A DNA stretch of 64,000 nucleotides from Eledone cirrhosa (GCA_964016885.1 OZ024740.1:424638001-424702000), one strand, 5' to 3'; counted from the stretch's first letter, positions 12,880-28,108 are shown. The notes: generated from the sequence alone by a model not told the origin. Made by a program: numbers and translations.

Positions 12880-13289
12880 CCGAATGAGTGCTACATTATC
12901 TGCATGATGTGGAAAATATTCCATCAGCTTTGCCCAAATGATGTTGGCATCACCTTTAATGTACACCCAAGGCTAGGGCCCAGTGCTATCCGCCCACGAC
13001 AAAAATCTCACTCGCATCTCATAACAACAATACGGCACAATTATTTCACCTCAATTTGCCCTGCTCTCTTTAACATTACACTAAAACACATCAAAACAGA
13101 AACAGACCCCATCAAGTTCAAGAAGTCTTTGGACAAATTCCTTCAAGAAATCCCAGATAAGCCTCCTACACCCGGATATGCCCCCGTAAACAATAACTCT
13201 GATTTGTAATACTTCGCCAGGTGGTGCTATTAAGTTAGACATCGCCTGGGCCAATACTGGCCGAAAGTTATCAAAGTTATTTAAGTTAT
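12880..13289 (+). mobile_element. CR1-like LINE 3' fragment
   Basis: [32 protein letters not shown]-terminus followed by an aagtta tail repeat. Confidence 0.65.
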
Positions 13290-13301
13290 ATATATGTATG
13301 C

Positions 13302-13727
<426 letters not shown>

Positions 13728-13728
13728 T

Positions 13729-13776
<48 letters not shown>

Positions 13777-13778
<2 letters not shown>

Positions 13779-13970
13779 CGAAGGAATTGTGGTAAGGAAC
13801 CAGATGGACCATAACACACCAAAGTACTCAATACTTAGGGTAGTAGAGTGGGTAATAGGAACAAGTATGACCGCGACGGCAGAGCTCAAGCCGTTTTGAC
13901 GGCTATTTCAGGTCCTAAAATACCCATCGAAACGGCTTGAGCTCTGCCGTCGGGGTCATACTTGTTCCCA
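13777..13970 (-). mobile_element. Fold-back half-hammerhead element (family HH-6)
   Basis: Arms 13858-13908 and 13918-13969; GAAACGGCTTGAGCTCTGCCGTC; shared tail; (TA)n on both sides. Confidence 0.8.
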
Positions 13971-14354
13971 TATATATATATATATATTTATATCATAAAT
14001 CTCTAGGTGATTACGCTGTCGAAATATTCGATAAATAGTCCGCTACGGCCGACGCGAAGGGCTAGTTTCGGTTATTTGTCGGAGATTCCTTCATAGAAGC
14101 CTCATTCGTATAGCCTGGTCTATTCCATTTTTTTATATAGTTACTTATGCTAATTGGGAGAGGAAATAGTATATATTTTATCTTGTGATTCTATAGACAT
14201 GTTTTATGATATATAGCTCTGATTGTTTAATTTATTAATTTTTCATTGAGCCACAAAGTGACCAGTTGCAAAACACGTATATGTATGTTTATGTACAGTG
14301 TATATATGTAAACTTTTATATATATTTATATATATATATATAAACACAGATATA

Positions 14355-14433
<79 letters not shown>

Positions 14434-14548
14434 CGCACAGACGCACACACGTATATTTAATATTTCAAATAAAATTCTTTATAATGGTGTCTTTATTTAC
14501 TGTGGTATTACGGTTATGACACTGAAACAAACAAACAAATGTTTGCCC

Positions 14549-15477
<929 letters not shown>

Positions 15478-16280
15478 AGTCAGAAGAATGTTAAGAATTG
15501 TTGATGAACAAGGCAGGAAGAGTGTGTTCTTTATGAATTGGCCTAAATCAGACATGAAAATCATTACACTATACATCTTCTTCTTCATTATCATCATTAT
15601 CATTATTATCATCATGTTCATCGTTGTATTAGTCGACATTACATGGTATTCAAGTATCCTCACAATATTCTTGCTGATATGCACGCACGTAGCTATTCAT
15701 GTGTGTGAGTGTATGTATGTATATATATATATATATATATACATACCTTATATATATATACACTTATATATATATATATATATATACAGGAATATATAGA
15801 TATATACACAGGAATAGCTACGTACGTGCATATCTGCAGGAAAAAAAATATATGAGAATATAGTAGGTCAGGACGACACAAAAGATCAGTGGAGCAAAAT
15901 GTTAAAAGTGAAAAGTGTCGTTGAAAAATATTTGCAGAAAATTATGGACAATATGTATAAAGTAGCAATATTTACGTGGAATTGAATGTGAAGTGATCTG
16001 ATGTTTGGAATCAAACCCTTTCTTGGAGTTGAATGAGTAAGACAAATCATAGGAATGATAGCAAGTTTGAAAATACAGTGCATACTGAACAGCTGTATTC
16101 CGAAGAAAAAGGAAGAGCTTTACTACACATACACATATATAGATAGAGAGAGATTGAATCATGAGCTGATCAATTGCGAAACGCGCGTCACACCTGACCA
16201 AGCTTAATGAACATTTGACACCTCGTACATACTTATTTTTAATAAGTATGGACGAGGATTTGTATTATTTTTATCACTAC

Positions 16281-16325
<45 letters not shown>

Positions 16326-16326
16326 T

Positions 16327-16446
<120 letters not shown>

Positions 16447-16978
16447 CAATTTTGTCTAGTACCGTGTGCAAAAACTGACACGGTACTAGACAAAATTGTT
16501 TCATCATTCATTTGTTGGGGCAGTTTTGTATGGCGCCAGTTTGTATTTTGAACTCGGGAATCTTATTTTCTCCGAGAGAGAAAACCCTTCTGACGAGGAT
16601 CCTCTTTCTCAATAGAAATCCGCTTGGATTATCTATTTGTTTTGGGATCTAAAACCGCGGTAAAGGCACATATAGTAAGTACAGTGAATTTTTTCAAATT
16701 TATTTTAAAATGTTTTCTTTATTTGCTTATCCTTGATTTTATATGTTCTGGCTTGTTAATTTATTAACTTGCCATTGAACCACACCGGCTTACGGTCGGA
16801 CTATACTTGTATCCCTATGTGTACTATTTACATGTAGGAACATATACTTTTATTATATATATATATATACACACACACATATATATATATACACACACAT
16901 CTCTCTCTCACTCTCTCTGTCTCTCTCTCTCTACACACACACAAACACACACAAAAGTATATATATATATATATATAT

Positions 16979-17184
16979 AGGAACGAGTAGGACCCCGACG
17001 GCTGAGCTCAAGCCGTTTCGACGGCTAATTCTGGACTAATAATTTAGTCCAGAATTAGCCGGCGAAACGGCTTGAGCTCAGCCGTCGGGGTCCTACTCGT
17101 TCCTATTACCCACTCTATTACCCTAAGTATTGAGTGCTTTGGTGTGTTATGGTCCACCTGGTTCCTTACCACATTTCCTTCGTT
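16979..17184 (+). mobile_element. Fold-back half-hammerhead element (family HH-6)
   Basis: Arms 16979-17038 and 17045-17105; GAAAC-GGCT-tgagctc-AGCC-GTC at 17064-17086; 80-bp tail; (TA)n flanks. Confidence 0.85.
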
Positions 17185-17307
17185 ATATATATATATATAT
17201 ATATTTATTAAAATAACACATTAAAGTTTAAGCAAAGAATCGCTGCTTTCACCCTTAACAGGATCTTTGGATTTTTGTCTTCAAATTTATTATTATTATT
17301 ATTATTA

Positions 17308-17345
<38 letters not shown>

Positions 17346-18017
17346 AATGGAAGTTTAGTAAAATCGAAGTTTTGGCTGTGGCCAAGCTAATATACAATGA
17401 GGAATGTGCAGCAAAGCACTCGATAAGGTTGTGTCACCTTAGAGTAATAACATAGCTTAGCTAGCCTGACAAATTGAAAACTGCGGCAGGCAAGCCTAGC
17501 CACATAATACCAAAGCAACGAAAAAACAATCAGGTTAGTACACTAACAATGGTGTTACTTGAGGTCCAATCCTTTCTCTGACCAGAGAAACGTTGACATG
17601 ACCCAACTGGCGTATTTATTTCAAAACTTCCAATAAAACTCTGAAATTAATATGTAAGGAGTGAGCCAAAACAATTACAGAGATTACGTCAAATAAATGA
17701 GGTTTTGGTATTTGTTTTGCAAGATTAATGATGTGAACTCCACAGAAAACAAATTGTAATAAGACCAAAAAGAAGACATAGAGAAGAACAACAAATAGTC
17801 GTTGTTGAGGCCACAAAATATGTGACGAAAGAGCTTTGATAAAATAGCCAATAACTAATAATAATATAATAAAATTTAATAATGCGTGTGTTTTCATTAG
17901 CAAAATTGGCAAAATGATCATTCCCAAATAGAGAGAACAACATATACAAGTTTAGAAGTGTTACATTCGTTTAAAATCATCAGTTTCTGTATATATATAT
18001 ATATACAGAAAGAGAGA

Positions 18018-18109
<92 letters not shown>

Positions 18110-18349
18110 TTTCACAACAAATTAACCATAATATACTTGAAGAATCCTTCGAGTGAAAGGCGTGTTCTCAAGAATGTTTTCTTAATTTGTCGTGGAACTA
18201 AATCTACATCGGACTTGTCCTTTGTACTCAGTGCTCTAACTACTTCTCATATAACCTCCTGGTATTTCACTACTATATATATATCAATAATATTAATAAA
18301 TGGAAACTATCTTTATAAAACCATATTTATTTTATTATAACTCATTGCT

Positions 18350-18426
<77 letters not shown>

Positions 18427-18468
18427 CACGTCGTGTAGATGCGTTCTTGAGACTAGTAAAATGAGGTA

Positions 18469-18558
18469 TCCTCTTGATAAGTCGGCAGACCTCGCAGGGA
18501 CTCTATATCTTTATGATATATTGTTTTTGTTTATGCCACGAAACTACGTAGTCGAGGA
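18469..18558 (+). ncRNA. Type I hammerhead ribozyme, U3-A8 core variant (family HH-7)
   Basis: tcctc-TTGATAA-gtcggca..tgccac-GAAAC-TACGTA-GTC-gagga. Confidence 0.65.
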
Positions 18559-18909
18559 ATTTAGGAGCAGTTTAGGTATGATACATTTTATTACTAATTA
18601 TATCTAAATGTTTCTTCTCTCTTCATAATGTATTTTTAACTCTGATACTGGTTCAGTCTAGTTCAACTGAATTGGTCTGTCCCAGTCATTCATTGAGCAA
18701 CATCGGTGAAGTTGGCACCCTTAACTCACAGTTGGGTGCGGATGCATTCATGTATATATGTGTGTGTCCGCATGTATCTGTGTGTTTCTAAATATATTGT
18801 TAATAACTCCCTCTGGTCGAACAATCTTTGAAGTGTGGGGACAGCTGGAAAGCTTCCATTACTCATACTTCTCGCCTTCTTCACCACCTCTTCTACGGCC
18901 TCGATATAA

Positions 18910-19229
18910 ATACCCCCTCCGCCTCCGTGGTATTTTCTTCGGGGTTATAAGAGGCTTAGCTCTGTTTCTCGACCGTTATATCGCGTGACTATCTCCCCCT
19001 CCGCCTTTTGGGATTCTTTCTCACGTCGTGTAGACGCGTTCTTGAGACTAGTAAAATGAGGTATCCTCTTGATAAGTCGGCAGACCTCGCAGGGACTCTA
19101 TATCTTTATGATATATTGTTTTTATTTATGCCACGAAACTACGTAGTCGAGGAATTTAGGAGCAGTTTAGGTATGATACATTTTATTACTAATTATATCT
19201 AAATGTTTCTTCTCTCTTCATAATGTATA

Positions 19230-19230
<1 letters not shown>
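18910..19230 (+). mobile_element. Non-coding hammerhead element family HH-7
   Basis: Near-identical to 18426-18631 and inverted 24978-25294; TA-rich flanks. Confidence 0.8.
19064..19153 (+). ncRNA. Type I hammerhead ribozyme, U3-A8 core variant
   Basis: Helix I tcctc/gagga, core TTGATAA..GAAA, helix II gt(c)ggca/tgccac with long loop, palindromic helix III ACTACGTAGT, GUC site. Confidence 0.65.
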
Positions 19231-19272
<42 letters not shown>

Positions 19273-19512
19273 AAATATATATATATATATATATATAAAT
19301 ATATACACACACACACACATATATATATAACGAACGAAGTGTGGTAAGGAACCAGAAGGACCATAACACACCAGAGTACTCAATACTTAGGGTAGTAGAG
19401 TGGGTAATAGGAAAATGTTTAATCCCTTGGGGTTAAACATTTCATATATATATATATATATATATATACATATGTATATGTATATATATATATATATGTG
19501 TATAAATATATA

Positions 19513-19795
19513 TATTATAGATAACGAAGATCAGTGATGCATCAACACACAATTTAATAACATATTACGTATGTTTCTCCGACGATCAGCTCAAGGTAGG
19601 ATCTATTACAGGTTCGATCTGTAACAGATCCTGCCTTGAGCTGATCGTCGGAGAAACATATGTAATATGTTAATAAATTGTGTTATAATGCATCACTGAT
19701 CTTCGTTATCTATAATAATATACTCTGCTCTGCGCGAGCATCAAGTGCTTAAACGGCATACCGCCTACACACATATTGATTGTAACCTACAAGTA
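19513..19795 (+). mobile_element. Fold-back palindrome (~100-bp arms) plus tail with half-hammerhead
   Basis: Arms 19513-19610 and 19618-19718; GAAAC-ATAT-GTA follows the central stem. Confidence 0.7.
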
Positions 19796-19838
19796 TATAT
19801 ATATATATGTGCGCGCGCGTGCGTGTGTATGTATATAT

Positions 19839-20119
<281 letters not shown>

Positions 20120-20133
20120 ATATGTATATATAC

Positions 20134-20225
<92 letters not shown>

Positions 20226-20435
20226 GGACATGATCACCGACATCCAGAGTTGACACTACACTCAGTGCTCCTGTGGGAGCCCCTGCATGGACACACTGGA
20301 AGAGAAAGACCGAGGTTGACATTTGATGCCCTAAAGACAGACACTGGTCTCTTGGAGACGCAGGATATGGCAGCGATGATGAGGGGCAGAGACCGCCGGA
20401 GGGAACTCGTCCATGGATCTCGGGAATTTTACCCG

Positions 20436-20438
<3 letters not shown>
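20226..20438 (+). mobile_element. RTE-like LINE 3' end inserted in (TA)n
   Basis: [34 protein letters not shown]; second copy at 57213-57360 minus. Confidence 0.7.
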
Positions 20439-20489
<51 letters not shown>

Positions 20490-20846
20490 GCAAGTTTAAA
20501 GAATTATAATTCTTCAAACTTATTAGATAAAATATATGCAGTATTTCCTCTCCCTAGTCCGTATGAATCACCCACATAAAAAATCATTTAAACGAGGCTA
20601 TAAGTTTAAATTGTAACTATGAAGAAATAATAGACAATTGATACTTCCGCGAGGGACAGCCAGATAAAATTTACCAAGTTATTTCTCCTCGCCCGTAAAA
20701 ATTGACTAGATAAATAATCAACTACACAGAGTTAGGAAAGCCAAATAGAAGTTTGAAGAAAAAATGTATATAAACTTTACCAAAATTCCTCAAGTCTCGA
20801 CTACCGGCAGTTTCGTTCATTTTCTGTGGATATACCCGATCTTGGA

Positions 20847-20879
<33 letters not shown>

Positions 20880-20882
<3 letters not shown>

Positions 20883-21015
20883 AAGGTTAAACAAGGTTCA
20901 ATGGATAAATCAAAGAATGAGTTTTACAATAGATTGGAAGCACTCAACAGTTATGGTTTTCCGGAGTTATTAATATTAATTCAAAATATTAACAAAATAG
21001 ATATTCTTGTGATCA

Positions 21016-21074
<59 letters not shown>

Positions 21075-21238
21075 CACCATGACTGAATCTTAACCATCTA
21101 CTATGTCAGGGTATGTCATGCATCATCTTATTTTATCTGATGAGTGCGTACTGTTGAAATTAACTCAGTACCTCTGAAATATGTATAATAAAATATACTT
21201 GATCACAAGAATATCTATTTTGTTAATATTTTGAATTA

Positions 21239-21243
<5 letters not shown>
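20880..21243. mobile_element. Two HH-2 pieces in inverted orientation around (TA)n
   Basis: 20880-21017 minus and 21075-21243 plus; CTGATGA..GAAATATGTA at about 21137-21186. Confidence 0.7.
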
Positions 21244-21306
<63 letters not shown>

Positions 21307-21529
21307 TAAAAGGAAAAGAAAATGGTGACAAATTGTTCCCAGTGAAAAATAGTTTAATTAGGGATAAGTAAAAATTAGTAATAAGTATTGGTTAGTATTC
21401 AGTTTTGGTTTTAAGTTTTTACCGGTTGCGCATTTCTAATGCTTTTCAAAAATAATTTTGAGATAGAGCGTCCGTGATGTTTGCTCCTCTATTCTTTTAA
21501 AAAAAAAAAAAAATATATATATATATAAA

Positions 21530-21722
21530 TCAGGATAGAACCAGTTTGAAACTGGTTAGATCATTACTCAAAAGAGTACTCGATACTTGGGGTAGTAGAG
21601 TATGGTTATATTATTAAATGTCGGGACCCGACGGCTGAGCTCTTGCCGTTTCAACAGCTAGCTCCAGCCTGGACCTAGCTGTTGAAACAGCAAGAGCTCA
21701 ACCGTATGGTCCCGATTCTTTA
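21530..21722 (-). mobile_element. Fold-back element, HH-6 variant
   Basis: Hairpin tcgggacc..gagctcttgccgtttcaacagctag / ctagctgttgaaacagcaagagctc..ggtcccga. Confidence 0.7.
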
Positions 21723-21862
21723 TGATATATATATGGGCGGTGCCCCAGCATGGCCTCAACTGGACGGCTGGAACAGGTAAAAGAGTAAAAGAGTATATAT
21801 TCAAACACCCAGATCTATATATGGAAACATATAAAGATTTTAAGAGATGTAGATAGCAGTAA

Positions 21863-22066
21863 GATGATGATGATATTGGTGATGGTGATGGTGATGGTGA
21901 TGATGGTGGTGGTGTTGATGATGATGATGATGGTGATGATATTGGTGGTGTTGTTGATGATGATGATGGTGATGGTGATGGTGATGATGATGGTGATGAC
22001 GATGATAATGGTGATAATGACTATGATGACTATGATGACTATGGTAATGATGATAATGATGAGGAT
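21863..22066. repeat. (GAT/GGT)n trinucleotide repeat
   Basis: Direct reading. Confidence 0.9.
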
Positions 22067-22281
22067 GCAGCATGCAGGCAGTGTTATTATAAAGTGGGCA
22101 ACGGACAGCAAGGAAATGACTTTGACAGCTTAGCGACAGGATAGTATATCATTTCTTACAGGATCCGCCCCCTTTCTTACACTCCTTTACCATAGATTAG
22201 AAAGGATCTGGCTGACGACCGTGTCTCATCATAGATGGATGTACGCTGTCTATCTACTTCTCTCTCTCTCTCTCCGCATAC

Positions 22282-22319
<38 letters not shown>

Positions 22320-22379
22320 GTATGCGGAGAGAGAGAGAGAGAAGTAGATATATATATATATATAAATATATATATATGG

Positions 22380-22529
<150 letters not shown>

Positions 22530-22531
22530 TG

Positions 22532-22583
<52 letters not shown>

Positions 22584-22639
22584 AATATATATATATCTTT
22601 GTATATGTATATATATGTATGTATGTATATATATATATG

Positions 22640-22711
<72 letters not shown>

Positions 22712-22736
22712 ATATATATATATGTGTGTATGTATG

Positions 22737-22789
<53 letters not shown>

Positions 22790-23220
22790 GTAAATAAAAA
22801 TTCAGCGAGAATCGCATTTCGGCGGGCAGGAAAAGCGAAGCGAAACGTAAAAATCAGAAATGATACTGGCAAAGTGCTCAATAGTTAAAAACCAGAGCTA
22901 AACAATGTGTTAAGAAGCCATACAAAACTGAAAAGGTGCTCAAGAAGCCATTAACCACCCAAGCCAAAAACCAAATCTAGCTAGACAGGTCAAAACAAAA
23001 TAAATGATAAAAAATAAATGATAACCAGACCTGGACTCCCGGAATTGCTGTTGAAATCCGATGTAGAGTTTCTGTGACACCTAAATCAAAATACAGTCTG
23101 CTTAAAATATAAGCTTTGGGTATAATGATCGAACAAGGAATATCACGTTATCAACAGGTATTTCGCTCTGTACCAAATAAGTGAATGGCACGGTGGTAAG
23201 AAATTTCGTTTCATTCTTTT

Positions 23221-23264
<44 letters not shown>

Positions 23265-23268
<4 letters not shown>

Positions 23269-23545
23269 GAGTTAAACAAGATTCAATGAGTACATCAAAG
23301 AAGGAGTTTTACAGTAGATTGGAAGCACTCTACAAGAAAATATTTTCCAGAGTTATTAATATTAAAATACAAATATTAATAAAATAGATGTTCCTGTGAT
23401 CAATTAAATTTTATTATACATATTTCAGAGGTACAACAGTACGTCCTCATCAGATAAAATAAAATGATACATGACATAACCTGAGATGTTAAATGATTAA
23501 GATTAATCATGGTAGTCTACCTTGATTAATCTTAATCATTTAACA

Positions 23546-23550
<5 letters not shown>
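23265..23550 (-). mobile_element. HH-2 copy with 5' fold-back
   Basis: Reverse complement of 2455-2697; hairpin 23482-23550; tcatcag core at about 23447-23453. Confidence 0.75.
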
Positions 23551-23632
<82 letters not shown>

Positions 23633-23637
<5 letters not shown>

Positions 23638-24499
23638 GACGTAAAATAAGAAAATTTTAAAATTAACTTACTTACTAAAATGTTCACTCCAACTAATTAG
23701 TTTCTGTAAGGGAATAAATATAGTTCCGCAACGCAACTATAGAGAAGTCCTTACGTAATCAGGGAGTCTATTCTCAGCTAAGTTCCCAGGCAATGCGCGG
23801 ACACTAGGAACCCATATAAAAATAATAATTCAGTGGATGGAAAAAAGCTAGCGGGGACTAGATTCCAGGGCACTGAAAAAATTCACTGCCTACTTGGTCA
23901 GTGGCAAATTCTAAAGAATCAATCACGTGACACTGAGGTTAATCAGTGAGGAGTGGGGTGGTATTATGACAAGAGCCTAACTACTACCATGAACCATAGC
24001 AGTAAATTTCGGCAAGTTTTGCTCAACAAATAATTTTGAGTTAAATATAGAGAATTAGTATATCTACCAACATATGTATACAGATGTATACCAATGCTAG
24101 CAAATATATGTTATGTCTTAGTACCTTTGTGGTTCTATGCAGGGGGATGCAGAACAATTATATGAAAGCCGTAAAATAAGAAAATTTAAAAATTAACTTA
24201 CTAAAATTTTCACTCCAACTAATTAGTTTCTGTAAGGGAATAAATATAGTTACGCAACGCAACTATAGAGAAGTAAAGGACTTCTCTATAGTTGCGTTGC
24301 ATAACTATATTTATTCCCTTACAGAAACTAATTAGTTGGAGTGAAAATTTTAGTAAGTTAATTTTTTAATTTTCTTATTTTACGGCTTTCATATAATTGT
24401 TCTGCATCCCCCTGCATAGAACCACAAAGGTACTAAGACATAACATATATATTTGCTAGCATTGGTATACATCTGTATACATATGTTGGTAGATATACT

Positions 24500-24588
<89 letters not shown>

Positions 24589-24960
24589 GTGCTTGGAATC
24601 CAGTCCCCGATAGCTGTTCCATTTACCGAATTATTATTATTTTTATATGAGTCCCCAGTGTCCGCGCATTGCCTGGAGACTTGGCTGAGAATAGACCTCC
24701 CTGATGACGCAATGAAATTCTCAACAGTTCATTACGTAACTGTCTTTATCCCATTGCAGAAACTAATTAGTTGGAGTGAAAATTTAAGTAAGTAAGTTAA
24801 TTTTTTAAAATTTTTTTTAAAAATTTTCTTATTTTACGTCTTTTATATTATTGTTCTGCATCCTCCTGCATTGAACCACCTAGGTACTATGACATAACCT
24901 GTGTATTTGCTGGCATTAGCGTACATCTGTGCGCTTATGTTAGTAGATATATTAAATTAT
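23633..24960. mobile_element. Tandem plus inverted ~530-bp monomers with degenerate hammerhead (family HH-8)
   Basis: Monomer starts at about 23633 and 24163 (minus); fold-back centred about 24277; plus copy with CTGATGA-cgcaatgaa..ttcattacg at 24702-24737. Confidence 0.7.
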
Positions 24961-24977
24961 CTATATATATATATATA

Positions 24978-25294
24978 TACATTATGAAGAGAGAAGAAAC
25001 ATTTAGATATAATTAGTAATAAAATGTATCATACCTAAACTGCTCCTAGATTCCTCGACTACGTAGTTTCGTGGCATAAACAAAAACAATACATCATAAA
25101 GATATAGAGTCCTTGCGAGGTCTGCTGACTTATCAAGAGGATACCTCATTTTACTAGCTTCAAGAACGCGTCTACACGACGTGAGAAAGAATCCCAAAAG
25201 GCGGAGGGGGAGACAGTCACGCGATATAACGGTCGGGAAACAGAGCTAAGCCTCTTATAACCCCGAAGAAAATACCACGGAGGCGGAGGGGGTA
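24978..25294 (-). mobile_element. HH-7 element with U3-A8 hammerhead (25052-25141)
   Basis: Reverse complement of 18910-19230. Confidence 0.8.
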
Positions 25295-25581
25295 TATATA
25301 TATCTGTGTGTCTGCCAGTCCTTCTCTCAGTCTATCTGCCTGCCTGTCTGTCCGTCCAGCCAGTCTTTTCCCTGTGTCTTTCTGTCTGTCTGTCTTTCTC
25401 TGCATTGTATATATTATTATGTTCAAATCCCGCCGAGGTTAACTTTGCTTTCATCCTTACAGGGTGATAAAATAAAATACCAGTAATACACTGGCATAAT
25501 TGGTGGCCTTGTGCCAAAAGTAGAAACAATTATTATATTTAATTACTTAATCAATTTAAACGTTCGCATAGAGCTAGTAAG

Positions 25582-25617
<36 letters not shown>

Positions 25618-25975
25618 CTTTCTGACTCTATGCGGACGTTTATATATATATATATATATATAATGTTTAATATAGAAATAGCTTCTACAGGAGTAAAATT
25701 GTTTCATTCAAAAGAAATCACCAGGAAAGCCAACTGCCCTTTTAAAACATTCCATATTAAACACGATGTTTATACTCTACTAATCTATTGAGAAACTTAC
25801 TGTGGTTACCCCCGATTGAACCCTGGATTCACCCCTCACCCCCATACACCCCCCATATATATTTCCTTTGCTTCTCTTCTATCATCTCTTACTCTCCACT
25901 TCTCTCTCTTTCTCTCTCTTTCACCTTTATACAGTATTTCCAATCAGTTAAAAGAATGGTGTAAGAAAAGAGATT

Positions 25976-26016
<41 letters not shown>

Positions 26017-26029
26017 TTTAAGACTAGTG

Positions 26030-26172
26030 CAGTGATTCTCAACCAGTGTGCCGCGAAATTTTATTTTCGCCATGTTTTTATTTTGTAAAATTCAATGTTT
26101 CATATATATTTAGCCAGGTGTGCCGCTATTTAGCCAGGTGTGCCGTTGGCAAAAAAAGGTTGAGAACCACTG
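26030..26172. mobile_element. hAT (Charlie-like) MITE
   Basis: TIRs cagtgattctcaacc / ggttgagaaccactg and 8-bp TSD gactagtg (26022-26029, 26173-26180). Confidence 0.9.
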
Positions 26173-27189
26173 GACTAGTGTGTGGTTTGAGGGAAATTCG
26201 ACTGTAATTTCGAGTAATTTAAACGACCATGCAGATACTCTCACTGGCTCGGGTATTCTCGTCCTCAATAGGATAAATTCCAGTTCATCAAACGTGTGTA
26301 TGTGTGTATTTATTCATGTATGTGTGTACGTTTGTGTACTTATGGAAGTAGCTCGCTATCACCATATATGGAACTGAGTTGGCTGTCCGCAAGTGCCAGT
26401 CCCGTGAGGGTGGTGTGGATGTTCTAGCGCGTCTCCCTTGCTGTCATCCGGGGCAATGTCTTCTCCATCCTGTGGATCGAGACCACGAGGCGGCGGGTTA
26501 ATTGTAAGAGAAACGTTTGAGGCCGGGTATTTTTCTTTCTGATAATTTCTTCGGTAAATTCTTCCACTCTCATTTGATATGTAAGGTGGATAGAGAGAGA
26601 GAGAGAGAAAGAAAGAAAGAAAGAGAGAGGGGGCATCTGATGCCCAGTAAGGTTTATGTAAAGCTTAAATTTCAACATTAATGATCAATCTATGATCAAA
26701 AGCATCTTAGTCAACGCTCTGGATATCTTTTCCATCTGATTGGGTGCGATTTGAGGGAGATTTGCTGCTTTTTCTAGCAAGGCAAGTGACCTCATAGAAA
26801 CCTCCTCATTAACGTATATCGCCCTAGAATATCAAACAGACCTATGATTATAGATATTCCTGCATAACCAATCCGTATTTTCCCATGTGCAAACAACCTT
26901 GGATTATATTATGTAATCTATCCTATTTAAAACAGTGCGGACTGGTTTGTGAGAAATTTGGCTGCTATTTCTAACAGGTCCAGCTATCACGTAAAGGTTC
27001 GTTGGCTGGCCCCTTATTAGTAGTGAATGGAGTAGGTATATTGACAGAATCGATAGAGTAGCGAACATAATTCGTTGTTATATTTAGTGACAGCTCTTTT
27101 CGTTCTGAGTTCGAATCCTACCGGAGTCAACTTTGCTTTTCATTCTTCTGAGGTCGATAAAATATACAATTAGTGAATTATAAAATACA

Positions 27190-27404
27190 TTCCAGAACCA
27201 CATTATGAGACTTATGATTAACAAACGACTCAGCGACCAGATCTCTATCAATGAACTACTCAACATTACCAGACTTAAACCAATCACATCAGTTATCAAG
27301 TCAATAGTACTTAAACTGTATGGTCAGATCAAAAGATCAACTCGTGGTATAAGTACGTTATGCCTTGAAGGAAAGTTAGTTGGTAAGAGATACAGAGGTC
27401 GCCA
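27190..27404 (+). pseudogene. RTE-like LINE C-terminal fragment
   Basis: DQISINELL..LKLYGQIKR..LEGKLVGKRYRGRQ. Confidence 0.6.
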
Positions 27405-27409
27405 GGGGA

Positions 27410-28108
27410 TGCCATCCAGTGCAGCCTGACCTCAGACAGGCTCACGTGCCAGCTCGACCAGCACCGCCTTGCCTGTTTTCGCGCGGCCTCCAAACCCCAC
27501 AGTGGTGCCTAGCTCCATGCCTTGCCATCCTTCTTCACTGGCACGCGGCTGGATAACGATATCCTGCGCATCTGCGGATCTGCGAGCCACATAAATGTCA
27601 CTGTGGATCCACCGTGGACTCTTTCGGATTCCACCCGCTTTCTTGTCGCCACAGTGCCGGCTGCCTTCCGCGCCATGTTGCCCTCAACGAGGTCATTAAG
27701 CATGGCTTGGACCAGCTCGAGCCGGTGGCGCTGGACCAAGGTGATGGCAAAAGGCCAGACAGTATGACCATCTTCCCGTTCCGCGGTGGCAAACTCCTCG
27801 TCTGGGATGCCACTTGCAGCGACACTTTCTTCAGCTGCAACTTGGTGCAGTCTGCGGCTAACCCAGTTTCTGCTGCACGTCGGGCTGGGGAGCCAAACTC
27901 TTCAAATACCGGTCGCTCTCCGACAGGTTCGCTGTCGTACAGTTGGCAGTAGAGACTTCTGGTGTCATTTGGCCGTAGGGCTACCTCCCTATTTACCTCC
28001 ATAGGCGCTGAGCTTGCCAGCCGCAGGTGTGAGCCTCGCGAGTTGGAATGGCTCTTCCAGCGCATCTCCCTTACCATCTTCCGGGGAAACGCCTTCTCTA
28101 TTCTGTCC
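27410..28108 (+). pseudogene. CRE-clade non-LTR element 3' fragment (zinc knuckle remnant plus RLE endonuclease), frameshifted
   Basis: FGFHPLSC..RHVALNEVIK..EP..DGKRPDSMTIFPFRGGKLLVWDATCSDTF..ETSG..WLFQRISLTIFRGNA. Confidence 0.8.

Noticed and set aside
16589-16635. CTGACGA..GAAATCCGCTTGGATTA hammerhead candidate
   Set aside because: Helix III forms but helices I and II do not pair
21815-22133. Poly-His and poly-Met ORFs
   Set aside because: Translations of a (GAT/GGT)n repeat
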